Part shown: positions 51,702 to 61,657 of the stretch, one piece after another
How positions within the stretch are numbered: position 1 is the stretch's first letter
How the letters are laid out: each line of letters opens with the position of its first letter
NCBI GenBank assembly: GCA_038820005.1
Contig: JAWAXP010000001.1
Location: 302,235 to 366,234, forward strand
Direction of reading: 5' to 3'
Origin: Ignisphaera sp.
GTDB lineage: Archaea > Thermoproteota > Thermoprotei_A > Sulfolobales > Ignisphaeraceae
Length of the DNA stretch: 64,000 nucleotides
Notes under the pieces: model-generated
The model's input: the letters and a program-made list of their open reading frames with translations, nothing else
Told to the model about the DNA's origin: nothing
Databases searched by the model: none
Position numbers and translations under genes: made by a program

Positions 51702-53948
51702 TTGACTCGTGATGTAGTGGAGGAATTAGTCAGGAAGATGACTATAGAGGAGAAAATTGCTCAACTAACATCAATCTTTGTTGATGATCTTGTTGAAGGT
51801 GATGAGTTTTCTGAAGTAAAAGCGGAGAAGGTTCTTCGATATGGTATCGGTCAGATAACTAGAGTTGCAGGGTCAAAGCTAGGTTTCAAGCCAAAACAAG
51901 TTGCTAGAATAATAAATAAGATTCAGAAGTTCTTGGTGGAGAAGACGAGGTTGGGTATACCAGCTATAGTACATGAAGAATGCCTAGCCGGCTTAATGGG
52001 TCCATCGGTGATAATGTTTCCCATACCTCTAGCTTTAGCGAGTACCTGGAGCCCTGATTTAGTGAAACATGTTGCCGAAGCCATAAGGGCGCAGGTATTG
52101 ACTGTTGGTGTTAAACATTGCCTTTCGCCTGTTCTAGACCTCTGTAGAGATCCTAGATGGGGTAGATGCGAGGAAACTTTTGGTGAAGATCCATACCTTG
52201 TTGCATCTATGGGCACAGCATATATAGAGGGATTGCAAGGGGGAGGAGAGAAAGTAGAGGTTATAGCAACTGCAAAGCATTTTGCTGCGCACGGGGTTCC
52301 GGAAGGAGGTAGGAACATAGCATCTGTAAACATAGGCTTCCGTGAACTAAGGAACACACATCTCTATCCATTCGAAGCAGCGGTTAAAATAGCCAGGGTA
52401 AAGGCCATCATGCCCGCATACCATGAAATAGACGGCGTGCCTTGTCATGCAAATGAGGAGCTCTTAAACGAAATACTTAGACGTGAATGGGGATTCGACG
52501 GGATTGTAGTATCTGATTACTGGGGTATAAAGTTCATCCAAACTATACATAAAGTTGCCAGAAGCCGTACAGAAGCAGCTTTACTTGCTTTATCCTCTGG
52601 CGTAGATATTGAGCTTCCACATGCTGAGTACTATTTGGAACTAATAGATGCTGTGAAGAAAGGAGAAGTACCTGAATCCTTAGTAGATAAATCTGTAGAA
52701 AGAGTTCTACGTGTTAAGTACCTCTTAGGCTTATTCGACAACCCATACGTTGATGAGAATAAAGTTCCGGAGATCATTGATAATCCCCAGTTTAGATCAA
52801 TTGCAAGAGAGGTTGCACGGAAATCCATTATTCTTCTCAAGAATAACGGAGTACTACCGATACCCAGGAATATTAAGAGAATAGCTGTCGTAGGTCCTTT
52901 AGCTGACGACCCGCTGGCTATGTTGGGTGACTATCATTATGCTACTCACATAGGGTTACTGAAACCTGATGTACATATAGTTACAGCTCTCGAAGGTATA
53001 AAGAATAAAGTTGGCTCAAGAACAACGGTGTTCTTTGCTAAAGGTTGCAACCTTAGATCTACCGAGCCCAAGGCTCTTGAAGAAGCTCTAGACTTAGCTA
53101 AGGAGGCGGATGTAGTTATAGTTGTCGTCGGCGATATATCGTGTATATTCAATAGGGAGAAGTGTACATCAGGTGAAGGCGTTGATAGAGCTGAGCTCTC
53201 GCTTACCAAACCTCAAGAAGAACTTGTTAAGGCATTGAAAGGGTTGGGTAAGAGTATAATACTAGTTGTAGTGGCAGGTAGACCTATGTCTATAGAGAGC
53301 ATATATGCGGATGTCGACGCGATTCTATGGTGTTGGAAGCTAGGCGCCGAAGGAGGTAACGCTCTAGCTGATGTACTATTTGGGGAGCATTCGCCAAGTG
53401 GGAGACTACCTGTATCAATACCGAGAGCTGTAGGTCAAATACCAGTCTACTACTCAAGGAAGCCTTCATCCTTTGGGGATTACATGGAATTTCATTCAAA
53501 GCCTCTATACCCATTCGGCTACGGATTAAGTTATACAGAGTTTAAGTACAGCAGTCTCGTAGTAGACCCTAAGGAGGTTCCCATAGGCGGTAAACTTAAG
53601 GTATTTGTGGACATTGAGAATATAGGCGATGTGGAAGGAGACGAGGTAGTTCAACTCTATATATCTAGGTCTTATAGCGAAGTAGCATTGCCAGTAAAAG
53701 AATTGAAGGCATTTAAGAGGGTATCGCTAAAACCCAAGGAGAAAAGAAGAATAGTATTCACGATATCAACAGAGCAACTAGCTTACTACGGGAAAGAATT
53801 AAAATTGATTATAACTCCAGGGGAATACAAGGTTATGATTGGTAGGAGTGCAGACGATATTGTAGTCGAAGACAGATTCTTAGTCGTTGGAGAAAGTTTA
53901 AAGTTTAAGGACAGAAGGAAGTTCTTTGCAGATTCCTATGTAGAGTAA
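51702..53948 (+). CDS. GH3 beta-xylosidase/glucosidase
   Basis: HEECLAG, RDPRWGRCEETFGEDP, AKHFAAH, VVSDY, GEGVDR, YPFGYGLSY. Confidence 0.92.
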   Translation: MTRDVVEELVRKMTIEEKIAQLTSIFVDDLVEGDEFSEVKAEKVLRYGIGQITRVAGSKLGFKPKQVARIINKIQKFLVEKTRLGIPAIVHEECLAGLMGPSVIMFPIPLALASTWSPDLVKHVAEAIRAQVLTVGVKHCLSPVLDLCRDPRWGRCEETFGEDPYLVASMGTAYIEGLQGGGEKVEVIATAKHFAAHGVPEGGRNIASVNIGFRELRNTHLYPFEAAVKIARVKAIMPAYHEIDGVPCHANEELLNEILRREWGFDGIVVSDYWGIKFIQTIHKVARSRTEAALLALSSGVDIELPHAEYYLELIDAVKKGEVPESLVDKSVERVLRVKYLLGLFDNPYVDENKVPEIIDNPQFRSIAREVARKSIILLKNNGVLPIPRNIKRIAVVGPLADDPLAMLGDYHYATHIGLLKPDVHIVTALEGIKNKVGSRTTVFFAKGCNLRSTEPKALEEALDLAKEADVVIVVVGDISCIFNREKCTSGEGVDRAELSLTKPQEELVKALKGLGKSIILVVVAGRPMSIESIYADVDAILWCWKLGAEGGNALADVLFGEHSPSGRLPVSIPRAVGQIPVYYSRKPSSFGDYMEFHSKPLYPFGYGLSYTEFKYSSLVVDPKEVPIGGKLKVFVDIENIGDVEGDEVVQLYISRSYSEVALPVKELKAFKRVSLKPKEKRRIVFTISTEQLAYYGKELKLIITPGEYKVMIGRSADDIVVEDRFLVVGESLKFKDRRKFFADSYVE

Positions 53949-53995
53949 TACCAAAAGAAATTTTTATCAGCATATTAACTCTTAGCATAGAGGGA

Positions 53996-55471
53996 ATGGA
54001 GATGGAGCCCTCGAAACTTCATTTAAGAAGGCTTATACAGCACGATGAAGTCGGTATGGGGAATAATCAGTTTAGATGCTTTTACATGGCTTTCCATCCA
54101 ATGAATGATGCGTTTGTAGTTCACGAAGGCCATTCCGGGAAAGTATTTATGGATGGAAAACTCATATACTCTTACAGCCTTATAGGTAGACCTCCTAGAG
54201 CTGGCGGAGATACTCATGGCGCTATAACTTGGTCTCAAGATCTCGTATTCATAGGTGGTTGGATAAAAGCACCACCGGGGCTTCTTGTATCTACTGATAG
54301 AACTTTATCTAAGCAAGATATGAGGAATAAATACAGCCACATACATACAGTAGATGAGAACGGTAAAGTAGAGCTTTTATGGTCTAGAAAATGGGATGAA
54401 AATTTACCTCCAAACCACTGGTATGGAGAAGTTACGGATCTTCTATACGATGGACACGAGGATATCCTTTACTTCTCGAGAGCCGATGGTTATGCTGAGC
54501 TAGGTCTTTGGAGAATATTTCTAAGTGATAGAAAAGCTGAATGGCTAATCAAAAACCGAACTGTATACAAAATGGAGCTCAAAGACGATAAGATCTTTGC
54601 AACTCTATTCAACCCTGCCCATATGGAGAATTCAGCTATAGCTATATACGATACAGTAAACGGTGAGAGTAAGCTTGTAGAGGAATTCAATTTTGCTTTA
54701 GACCCTGGTAAAAAGATATCCATGAAGAGAGATGGAGGTCAAATAATTCAACTCCAGAATAAGCTTATAGCCTTCTACGGTGGTGCAATGATAGTCGTGG
54801 ATCCGTATAAAAATGAATATACGCTCTATCCCTTCTTAGAAGTTGTAGGACCTGAATTTCATAGACCAGCATACATTCCTGGTCTTAGAACCCAGAAGGT
54901 CTACCCTCTAGGTTTACCCCTTATAGCTGTTAACCCATCTGAAGGTTTAACAGAACCAACTTTAAGAACAACCGTTGGGTTACTTATTAGGGTAGACCCA
55001 GTCATACCCCAAATCGTTACATCAACAGGTTTTGTCTCGGGCATGATATCTGATGGAGAAAATATATACTTAGGGGCATCTTATGCTAACCACTGCCCAG
55101 CATACACCTATAGAACAGGTGATGGAGGAATATATGCTGTACCTCTAAAAGAGTTCTTTACAAAGCCATGGAGCTCTATTAGGCTGTGGGTATTCGATGG
55201 ATTGTATAAGTATGGGGAAACAGGTGTAGCTGGATGGTTTGGAGGAATACCTCTAAAAGGATTTACAACTAAAAAATTGAGAGTATATGTTACAAAGGAA
55301 GTGAAGATGAAGGTAGCAGAATATAACCTTCTATCAAAGATCGCTGAAGATGATGTAAGCTTAAATAGCGGATGGAATATTATCGAGCTATCATCATATT
55401 ATGATGCAGTGGCATTTAGATTCAAAGACGATTTAGATAAAGCTCTAGCCGAAATAGTACTTGAACCATAG
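53996..55471 (+). CDS. DUF2139-like conserved crenarchaeal protein
   Basis: GGDTHGA, IGGWIKAP, NKYSHIH, WYGEVTD, SRADG..LG motifs recalled from DUF2139. Confidence 0.6.
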   Translation: MEMEPSKLHLRRLIQHDEVGMGNNQFRCFYMAFHPMNDAFVVHEGHSGKVFMDGKLIYSYSLIGRPPRAGGDTHGAITWSQDLVFIGGWIKAPPGLLVSTDRTLSKQDMRNKYSHIHTVDENGKVELLWSRKWDENLPPNHWYGEVTDLLYDGHEDILYFSRADGYAELGLWRIFLSDRKAEWLIKNRTVYKMELKDDKIFATLFNPAHMENSAIAIYDTVNGESKLVEEFNFALDPGKKISMKRDGGQIIQLQNKLIAFYGGAMIVVDPYKNEYTLYPFLEVVGPEFHRPAYIPGLRTQKVYPLGLPLIAVNPSEGLTEPTLRTTVGLLIRVDPVIPQIVTSTGFVSGMISDGENIYLGASYANHCPAYTYRTGDGGIYAVPLKEFFTKPWSSIRLWVFDGLYKYGETGVAGWFGGIPLKGFTTKKLRVYVTKEVKMKVAEYNLLSKIAEDDVSLNSGWNIIELSSYYDAVAFRFKDDLDKALAEIVLEP

Positions 55472-55612
55472 AGAATAATGGTATTAATAATGGTATTGGC
55501 CATCTACAGCTTAAGCAATATCGCGTTAAAATATACAATTAAGACCAATATTAGATTCTTGGTGATATAGGTTTTAATTTTCTGTTTATAATACATCTTC
55601 TAGGGGTAAGGT

Positions 55613-56518
55613 ATGGCAAAAATACGTCTTGGTTTAAATCTTAGCTGGGCTGTGAAAAGATGGCCTATGCCTGATGAGTGGTCTGAAATAGTAGTAGGTC
55701 TTGATGTTAAGTATGTCCAGTTTTCGTTTGATCTTCTAGACCCAAGATCGTTGCCTGCTGCTGTTGAACATATGGCGGCTCTAATACTTGATGCATCGAG
55801 AAAATACGGCGTAGTCATTCATTCGACTTTTACTGGTTTAGGAGCTTACAGCTTTAACCTTCTTGCACATCCAGACCCAGTTATGAGGTTTGATGCTCTA
55901 GATTGGTATATGAAGGCGGTGGATTTCACAGCTAAGATAGGTGTAAAAGCAACCGGTGGACATATAGCTGCTAAAAGCGTTAAAGACTACAACGATCCCA
56001 AAAGAAGAGCGCAAGTAGATAATTCACTTGTAGAGAATGTTAGGACTTTGAGGAGGTATGCCCAATCAAAAGGTCTTGAGGTAATTCTCTGGGAACCGAT
56101 GCCTGTGCCCCGAGAGACTCCCTGGACAATTAATGAAACAGAGGAGATCCTGGTTAGAGCCAACGAAGGTCCAGGTGCAGCAGTTCTGCTAAACATAGAT
56201 TTAGGTCACCAATGCACGTTACAAGGAAATGAATGGGATCCATACGAATGGTTGAAGAGGTTTGCGCCAAAATCCCCAGCAATACACATACAACAAACGG
56301 ATGGTAAAGGAGATAGACACTGGCCTTTTACTGAACAGTTCAATAAAATAGGCATTATAAAACCTGATAAAATTATTGAAGCAATCGAGGCATCAGGTGC
56401 AAAGGAGGTATATCTATTCCTCGAATACATCCCAGCATTTGAATATCCCGACGATAAAGTACTCCAAGAATTAACGGAATCAGTTAAATACCTTAAGGAA
56501 TACATATCTACAGAGTAA
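55613..56518 (+). CDS. TIM-barrel sugar-phosphate epimerase, EryC-like
   Basis: LGLNLSWAVKRWP, VQFSFDLLDP, NLLAHPD, WEPM, DLGH, HIQQTDG..DRHWPF. Confidence 0.65.
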   Translation: MAKIRLGLNLSWAVKRWPMPDEWSEIVVGLDVKYVQFSFDLLDPRSLPAAVEHMAALILDASRKYGVVIHSTFTGLGAYSFNLLAHPDPVMRFDALDWYMKAVDFTAKIGVKATGGHIAAKSVKDYNDPKRRAQVDNSLVENVRTLRRYAQSKGLEVILWEPMPVPRETPWTINETEEILVRANEGPGAAVLLNIDLGHQCTLQGNEWDPYEWLKRFAPKSPAIHIQQTDGKGDRHWPFTEQFNKIGIIKPDKIIEAIEASGAKEVYLFLEYIPAFEYPDDKVLQELTESVKYLKEYISTE

Positions 56519-56590
56519 AAACATTATATTCTTTATTTTTAACCAACTCAACATTTATAACAGTTAATGTTCTTAAAAGCTAGGCGTATT

Positions 56591-57655
56591 CTAATTTTCA
56601 CAGAGCTTTAGCCCTGAGCCAGTTAATACTATTAGAACTCTTAAACCTTGGAATCTATCCTTGTACTTCTTAAATGCTGCGTAAGCAGTTGCCGACGTAG
56701 GTTCTACTATGAAGCCCATTCCCATCAGATCCTCCATAGCCTTGCTAATTTCGCTATTACCTACTAAGATCACGTCACCGCTGTACTTAGCAATATACTC
56801 TTTAATTTCATTCAATCGAGGAGGATTAGGCACCATAATACCTTCAGCTAAATTAGAACTTTCACCTACTTCTTCAAAACCTTTGACAGCTTTGAATACT
56901 GGTTGAACACTATAACCTTGCACAGCTATAGGTGTTGGGATTTTCAGGTTACGCCCTATCTTTTTAAGAATTTCAAATCCCTTTAAGATTCCTAAGAGAA
57001 GACCTCCTGAACCTGTAGGTATGATAACCACATCAGGAGGTCCATACTCTTCGTATACCTCAAATGATATCGTCGTACTACCGTATACATAGAGAGGATT
57101 CCATGTATGGCCAACATAGAAGTACTTCCCGGCTAAAGACAAAACGTAATCAGCAGCATCTTTCCTCGTTGGAACCTCTATAACCTCAGCTCCAAGCATC
57201 CTTATAAGACATTTCTTTGCTTTAGATGTTGTCGAAGGTATAACTATCCTAGATCTAAGACCATAAGCTTTAGAGTATAGGGCTACAGAAATACCTGTAT
57301 TCCCACTTGAATCCTCTACAACATCCTTAAATTCCATTAAATAAGCATAGCTTACAGTTAAAGACGTTCCACGATCTTTAAAGCTACCACTCGGATTCAT
57401 ATACTCAAGTTTAAAGAGAAATTCAACACCATCAATTTTTTCAACAATACTCTTAGTTTCACCTTCTCCGATGTACTTAGTTGGAGTAAATGGAAGTAAT
57501 CCTCTAAATCTATCAAGACCCTTTGATCCAACTTCGTAAATAGGCTTGTAGTCTAAATCGATAGGAGATCCACAAACAGGGCACCTCCAGTAATATCTGC
57601 TAGCTATTCTATCTTTAAAACCGCATCTATGGCAGAACCAGTTACATTCAATCAT
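56591..57655 (-). CDS. PLP-dependent threonine synthase-like enzyme
   Basis: CxxC..CPVC N-terminus, KLEYMNPSGSFKDRG, DSSGNTG, PTGSGG, VEPTSA, LTGSGLK. Confidence 0.85.
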   Translation of the reverse strand: MIECNWFCHRCGFKDRIASRYYWRCPVCGSPIDLDYKPIYEVGSKGLDRFRGLLPFTPTKYIGEGETKSIVEKIDGVEFLFKLEYMNPSGSFKDRGTSLTVSYAYLMEFKDVVEDSSGNTGISVALYSKAYGLRSRIVIPSTTSKAKKCLIRMLGAEVIEVPTRKDAADYVLSLAGKYFYVGHTWNPLYVYGSTTISFEVYEEYGPPDVVIIPTGSGGLLLGILKGFEILKKIGRNLKIPTPIAVQGYSVQPVFKAVKGFEEVGESSNLAEGIMVPNPPRLNEIKEYIAKYSGDVILVGNSEISKAMEDLMGMGFIVEPTSATAYAAFKKYKDRFQGLRVLIVLTGSGLKLCEN

Positions 57656-57816
57656 GGGAGTTCTCCTCAGAGTTAAAATGGACTAGCATTTACTGTTTTA
57701 ATCTATCACTATAAATATTAATGCTGTACACCACGAATTATAAGGTTTATATTTATAATTATTTGTCTCTATAAGAACATATGCCAGAGTTAAAAAGAAG
57801 CCAAAAATAATTGAAT

Positions 57817-57885
57817 TCACTTTTTCTTCTTTTCAGCTTTTTTCTCTTCCTTCTTTTCGGCTTTCTTTTCAGGTTTCTTCGACAT
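57817..57885 (-). CDS. 22-aa Lys/Glu-rich microprotein MSKKPEKKAEKKEEKKAEKKKK
   Basis: ATG preceded by GGTGAT RBS and an upstream TTTATA box; KKxE repeats encoded by varying codons. Confidence 0.65.
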   Translation of the reverse strand: MSKKPEKKAEKKEEKKAEKKKK

Positions 57886-57991
57886 TAGGGATCACCATAA
57901 CTATATATAGTATACATCTTGGTATAAAGTAATATGTTCAATCATTTAAGTTAAAATCCTGTTTTTCTAACTAACTTCGTTTAATTTAGTC

Positions 57992-58702
57992 CTAGATAAC
58001 AGCTATATAGTATGTTACTGATTGTAAGGGATGTTTTTCAATAAAATTAAGGCAATCTTTACCTATGTATACTGTTACAACTCCTTTAAGCTTTGAATTT
58101 CCAGATTTAAGTAGATGAAGTATAGCCTTAAGTTTTTCAACATCATCTAGTACCGTATCTGCTAAAAGAACATTTAGATCATCTACACACGTTGTTGAAA
58201 TTATAAACAATTCAATATTATTATAGTGCGAATGATACCATGTAACTCTAATTTTAGAGTCTTCAACTTTTTTAGTATCGAAAAAAGGAATACACATTTT
58301 CAATCCTAACTCCCATGCGAGAATAGTTGCAAAAGGTATAGAATCTCCAGATATAGGTATAATGATATCTATATCTTGGTCTCTTAAATCGTCTTCTAAT
58401 TTTAGAGCGTATAGCGAGAGGAGACCTATATCGGAGACCAGCTCATGTACATTATTTTTATGCATACTCATAAAATCGTTGATGGTTTGATCAATGAGTT
58501 TAAGCTCGTTAAGTTTTGCAAGTATATTTGCTGTAACTTCATCGCTTGGTATACTGAGCATATTGATATATTTCCATAAGCTTTGATACGGGATTTCTAA
58601 CAAAGATTCTAGATGTCGTAAACTATAAATGTAATTCAAAGCTCTAAGAATTTTCATAACCTTTATCTTCTCATTCCGCTTAAACCTCTTAAAGTTAGTC
58701 AC
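57992..58702 (-). CDS. HTH plus PRTase-like domain protein (PurR-like architecture, degenerate PRPP loop)
   Basis: YSLRHLESLLEIPYQSLWKYI helix-turn-helix; VLLADTVLDD in place of VLIVDD..TG. Confidence 0.6.
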   Translation of the reverse strand: MTNFKRFKRNEKIKVMKILRALNYIYSLRHLESLLEIPYQSLWKYINMLSIPSDEVTANILAKLNELKLIDQTINDFMSMHKNNVHELVSDIGLLSLYALKLEDDLRDQDIDIIIPISGDSIPFATILAWELGLKMCIPFFDTKKVEDSKIRVTWYHSHYNNIELFIISTTCVDDLNVLLADTVLDDVEKLKAILHLLKSGNSKLKGVVTVYIGKDCLNFIEKHPLQSVTYYIAVI

Positions 58703-58796
58703 AAGTCATCACGCAAATTGGTGAAGATCTTCTTAATAATATGTTAAAGCTTTCCTCGATATTTAAAACTATGTTTTTGATATTAGCAGGATAAAC

Positions 58797-59270
58797 CTAT
58801 TTAAATCTCGTGATTTCTTTAAGGTTGTTAGGCCAAGGTGCTAAGGTATACTTCTTTAACCATTCCTTATTTATATTAATTCCTTTAATAACCTCTATGA
58901 TCTTATCAAGTAATTCTTTAGGGATTTTATTTTCTCTAGCCGCAGGGCAGTCCATATCTAAGTAAACCACTTTTTCATCTTTTTCAAAATCGTAGTATAG
59001 CATAATAGGCCAAGCTCTACAATCAAAAGGCCTTATGTTGTATACCTTACATAAACCTTTTTCGTCTAGGTATGAACACGGCGAGCCGTTTTTAGAACCA
59101 ATAGCCTTAACTTTACCCAACGGCGTTTTTACCTCAAATTCATGTTCAAAAATACCTTCTTCTTCTGGAAGTAATACAGCATAAAATCTTTTACAACAAT
59201 TTATATTACATGATTTGCATATATTACCAAAATCAACAAAGTTCAGGAGATCCGATGGTCTTCTATTCAT
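58797..59270 (-). CDS. YkgJ-family cysteine-cluster protein
   Basis: CKSCNINCC, CSYLD..LCKVY..RPFDCRAWP, CP. Confidence 0.85.
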   Translation of the reverse strand: MNRRPSDLLNFVDFGNICKSCNINCCKRFYAVLLPEEEGIFEHEFEVKTPLGKVKAIGSKNGSPCSYLDEKGLCKVYNIRPFDCRAWPIMLYYDFEKDEKVVYLDMDCPAARENKIPKELLDKIIEVIKGININKEWLKKYTLAPWPNNLKEITRFK

Positions 59271-59545
59271 CGACTACCACTTTATTTCTTGCAACGCAAA
59301 GATTTGTAAAACTGTTATAGGTATTAGTAGTATCAGCTAAAATGACAGTATTGTTTGCTGTCGAAATAAGAATTTTATTATCTACATAATTATTTGTATT
59401 ATTATCTTAAAAGATGTATAGATACTTCGACTTTAGTTTATGGTAAGTTAAGGATTTATTAAAATTACACTATGTGTTTTAGAGGATTAAATATAGTAGT
59501 ATTTCTTAGTAGGAATTAAGAAGTAGTTATTATGGGTGATTTATA

Positions 59546-60307
59546 ATGCCTAACCTTAAGAAAACGCTCAAAAAGGGTGTAGCTACAGTTGGTACTTGGA
59601 TAACCATAAATCATCCAGATGTAGTTGATGTACTAAGTGAGTTTCCCTTTGACTGGCTAATATTTGATATGGAGCATGCACCCTTAGAGGTATCTGATAT
59701 AGAGGTATTGATGATGCCTCTCCGAAATACTAGCATATCCCCTATAGTTAGGGTCCCTTGGAACGACATGGTTGTCATAAAAAGAGCCCTAGATATAGGG
59801 TCAGAAGGTATACTTATTCCATGGGTTAACACAAAAGAAGAAGCTGAAGCTGTTGTAAAATATGCTAGTTATCCACCTCATGGCTTTAGAGGAGTTGGGC
59901 CTCGACGAGCCGTTAAATATGGTATCCGCCCTTTCCTAGACTATTACAGCAAGTTTGAATATGAAGAGCGTGTATTAATAGTACAGATAGAAACGCCTAA
60001 AGCAATAGAGAATTTAGAGGATATTGTATCAGTAAAAGGAATTGATGTAGCATTTATAGGGCCTATAGATCTTACGGTGAACCTAGGAATACCTTTGCAG
60101 TACAATCATCCCATATTTATTGAAGCTGTCAACAAGATTTTAAGAACATGTGAGAAATATGGTGTAGCTCCGGGAATACATGCGTTTGATGTTAATCAGA
60201 TTAAGAAGTACATAGAGGAAGGATTCAAATTCATATCTATAGGAAGTGATGTGAGTTTTATAATTAGAGCTGTCAGGGATATACTAAGAGCTCTTAATCG
60301 CATTTAA
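59546..60307 (+). CDS. HpcH/HpaI-family (RhmA/GarL-like) pyruvate-dependent aldolase
   Basis: FDMEHAP, IVRVP, LDIG, YPPHGFRG, VQIET, FIGPIDL. Confidence 0.9.
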   Translation: MPNLKKTLKKGVATVGTWITINHPDVVDVLSEFPFDWLIFDMEHAPLEVSDIEVLMMPLRNTSISPIVRVPWNDMVVIKRALDIGSEGILIPWVNTKEEAEAVVKYASYPPHGFRGVGPRRAVKYGIRPFLDYYSKFEYEERVLIVQIETPKAIENLEDIVSVKGIDVAFIGPIDLTVNLGIPLQYNHPIFIEAVNKILRTCEKYGVAPGIHAFDVNQIKKYIEEGFKFISIGSDVSFIIRAVRDILRALNRI

Positions 60308-60605
60308 TCATGGTGCACTATAAATATAATCATAGAGTAGCTGTACTAATTTTTAGTCGTTCACAAGGTTGATCTTCATTAACTTGTAAATATCTTTACA
60401 GACCCTAAAATGACATTAATAAGTACAATTGGAAATAGCCTATAAGTTAAATCAAATTAAGTTTAATAAGCAATAAATATGTAGAATTATATTCTTAATT
60501 ATATTAAGTTGTAAGCAATCCATGTTCATTTTATACATTGATTTGTTCATAAATATGTAGTTTACGACATGTATCTATTTAGTTAAGCCATTCTAATACA
60601 TTATT

Positions 60606-61508
60606 TTATTTTATCTCTACCGATTTCTCTTTAATGTAGTTTATAATAGATAATGTAGCTATAACAGCTTCTTCTGTTCTTATATTTACTGAGCCTTGTC
60701 TAGGCACGAAATTTATGGTGAAGTCTACATATCTGTTTATGTCAAAACCTTCCTTGTAAGCTATTTCGTCTACATCGAGGTAGGGTCCACCAAAAACAAT
60801 TAATACTCTTTCTTTTTGTCTAAACTTTTCGTTTAGGACATCTTCGAGCTTATATACTGATTCACCTTTCTTTGATGCTACAATAACTAGGTATTCCCTA
60901 GAAATAGCCTCTTTTAACATGCTACTTAGCGAACTAAATGATATAACAGTATACCCCCAGTATATGTCTATAATAGATTTATCGATGATATCAATATAGT
61001 AATAGTCTGAACCTTTTCGAATAATTTTCGTAGTAATTCTCGAGCCTTTTGGGGGACATTTACCATATATAATCCCTTTCTTGTCTAACCCTATTTCTGC
61101 TATACACTTGCCTTCTCTCCTATCAATAATTACACCTTCCCTAAACTTTGTATCGAAGATCTCTAGCTCTACATGATGAGGTGTTTTAAGAGGTGGTATA
61201 ATACCCGCAAACTTCAGCTGAGGAGTTATAGGAACCAGAATTTTTTTTAAGTATGGCGGCACCTCCATATATTGTAGAATACTTTGTATCATCTCTGTAT
61301 CTCCTTCATCATCGCAGTACACCATTATCTCTTCAACACGAAATATGGCAGTAGCTCTACCTATGTATCCTATTTTAAGTGTTAGTTCTCTAAGAGTTTT
61401 TGAATCTACTGTTATCGATGTGGGAATTGCGATAGATATGAAAGGCTTTGCTCTGATTGGCCTCATAAACCTCCTATGTACTTCAAGTTCAGCAGAGCTT
61501 AAGGTCAT
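60606..61508 (-). CDS. SPOUT RNA methyltransferase (DUF171/COG2106)
   Basis: SIAIPTS, PPYLKK, IPPLKTPHH, YWGY, VFGGP, INFVPRQG..IRTEEA. Confidence 0.85.
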   Translation of the reverse strand: MTLSSAELEVHRRFMRPIRAKPFISIAIPTSITVDSKTLRELTLKIGYIGRATAIFRVEEIMVYCDDEGDTEMIQSILQYMEVPPYLKKILVPITPQLKFAGIIPPLKTPHHVELEIFDTKFREGVIIDRREGKCIAEIGLDKKGIIYGKCPPKGSRITTKIIRKGSDYYYIDIIDKSIIDIYWGYTVISFSSLSSMLKEAISREYLVIVASKKGESVYKLEDVLNEKFRQKERVLIVFGGPYLDVDEIAYKEGFDINRYVDFTINFVPRQGSVNIRTEEAVIATLSIINYIKEKSVEIK

Positions 61509-61568
61509 AACCTTATACCGATAAAGTATAAAGTTTTCTTGAGATAAAATTAGTATAAGGTTCGACGA

Positions 61569-61623
61569 ATGATGACCCCTTCATGTGCTGAGGATTTATT
61601 GTGATGAATGCTGGGATAGCTGA
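61569..61623 (+). ncRNA. C/D-box guide sRNA
   Basis: ATGATGA-ccccttcatgtg-CTGA-ggatttatt-GTGATGA-atgctgggatag-CTGA. Confidence 0.85.
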
Positions 61624-61657
61624 AAACTTAATAAGGTTATGAAGCTAGTCTATTCTT

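Noticed and set aside
55484-55507. Tandem aataatggtatt x2
   Set aside because: Two-copy 12-mer, most likely a slippage duplication
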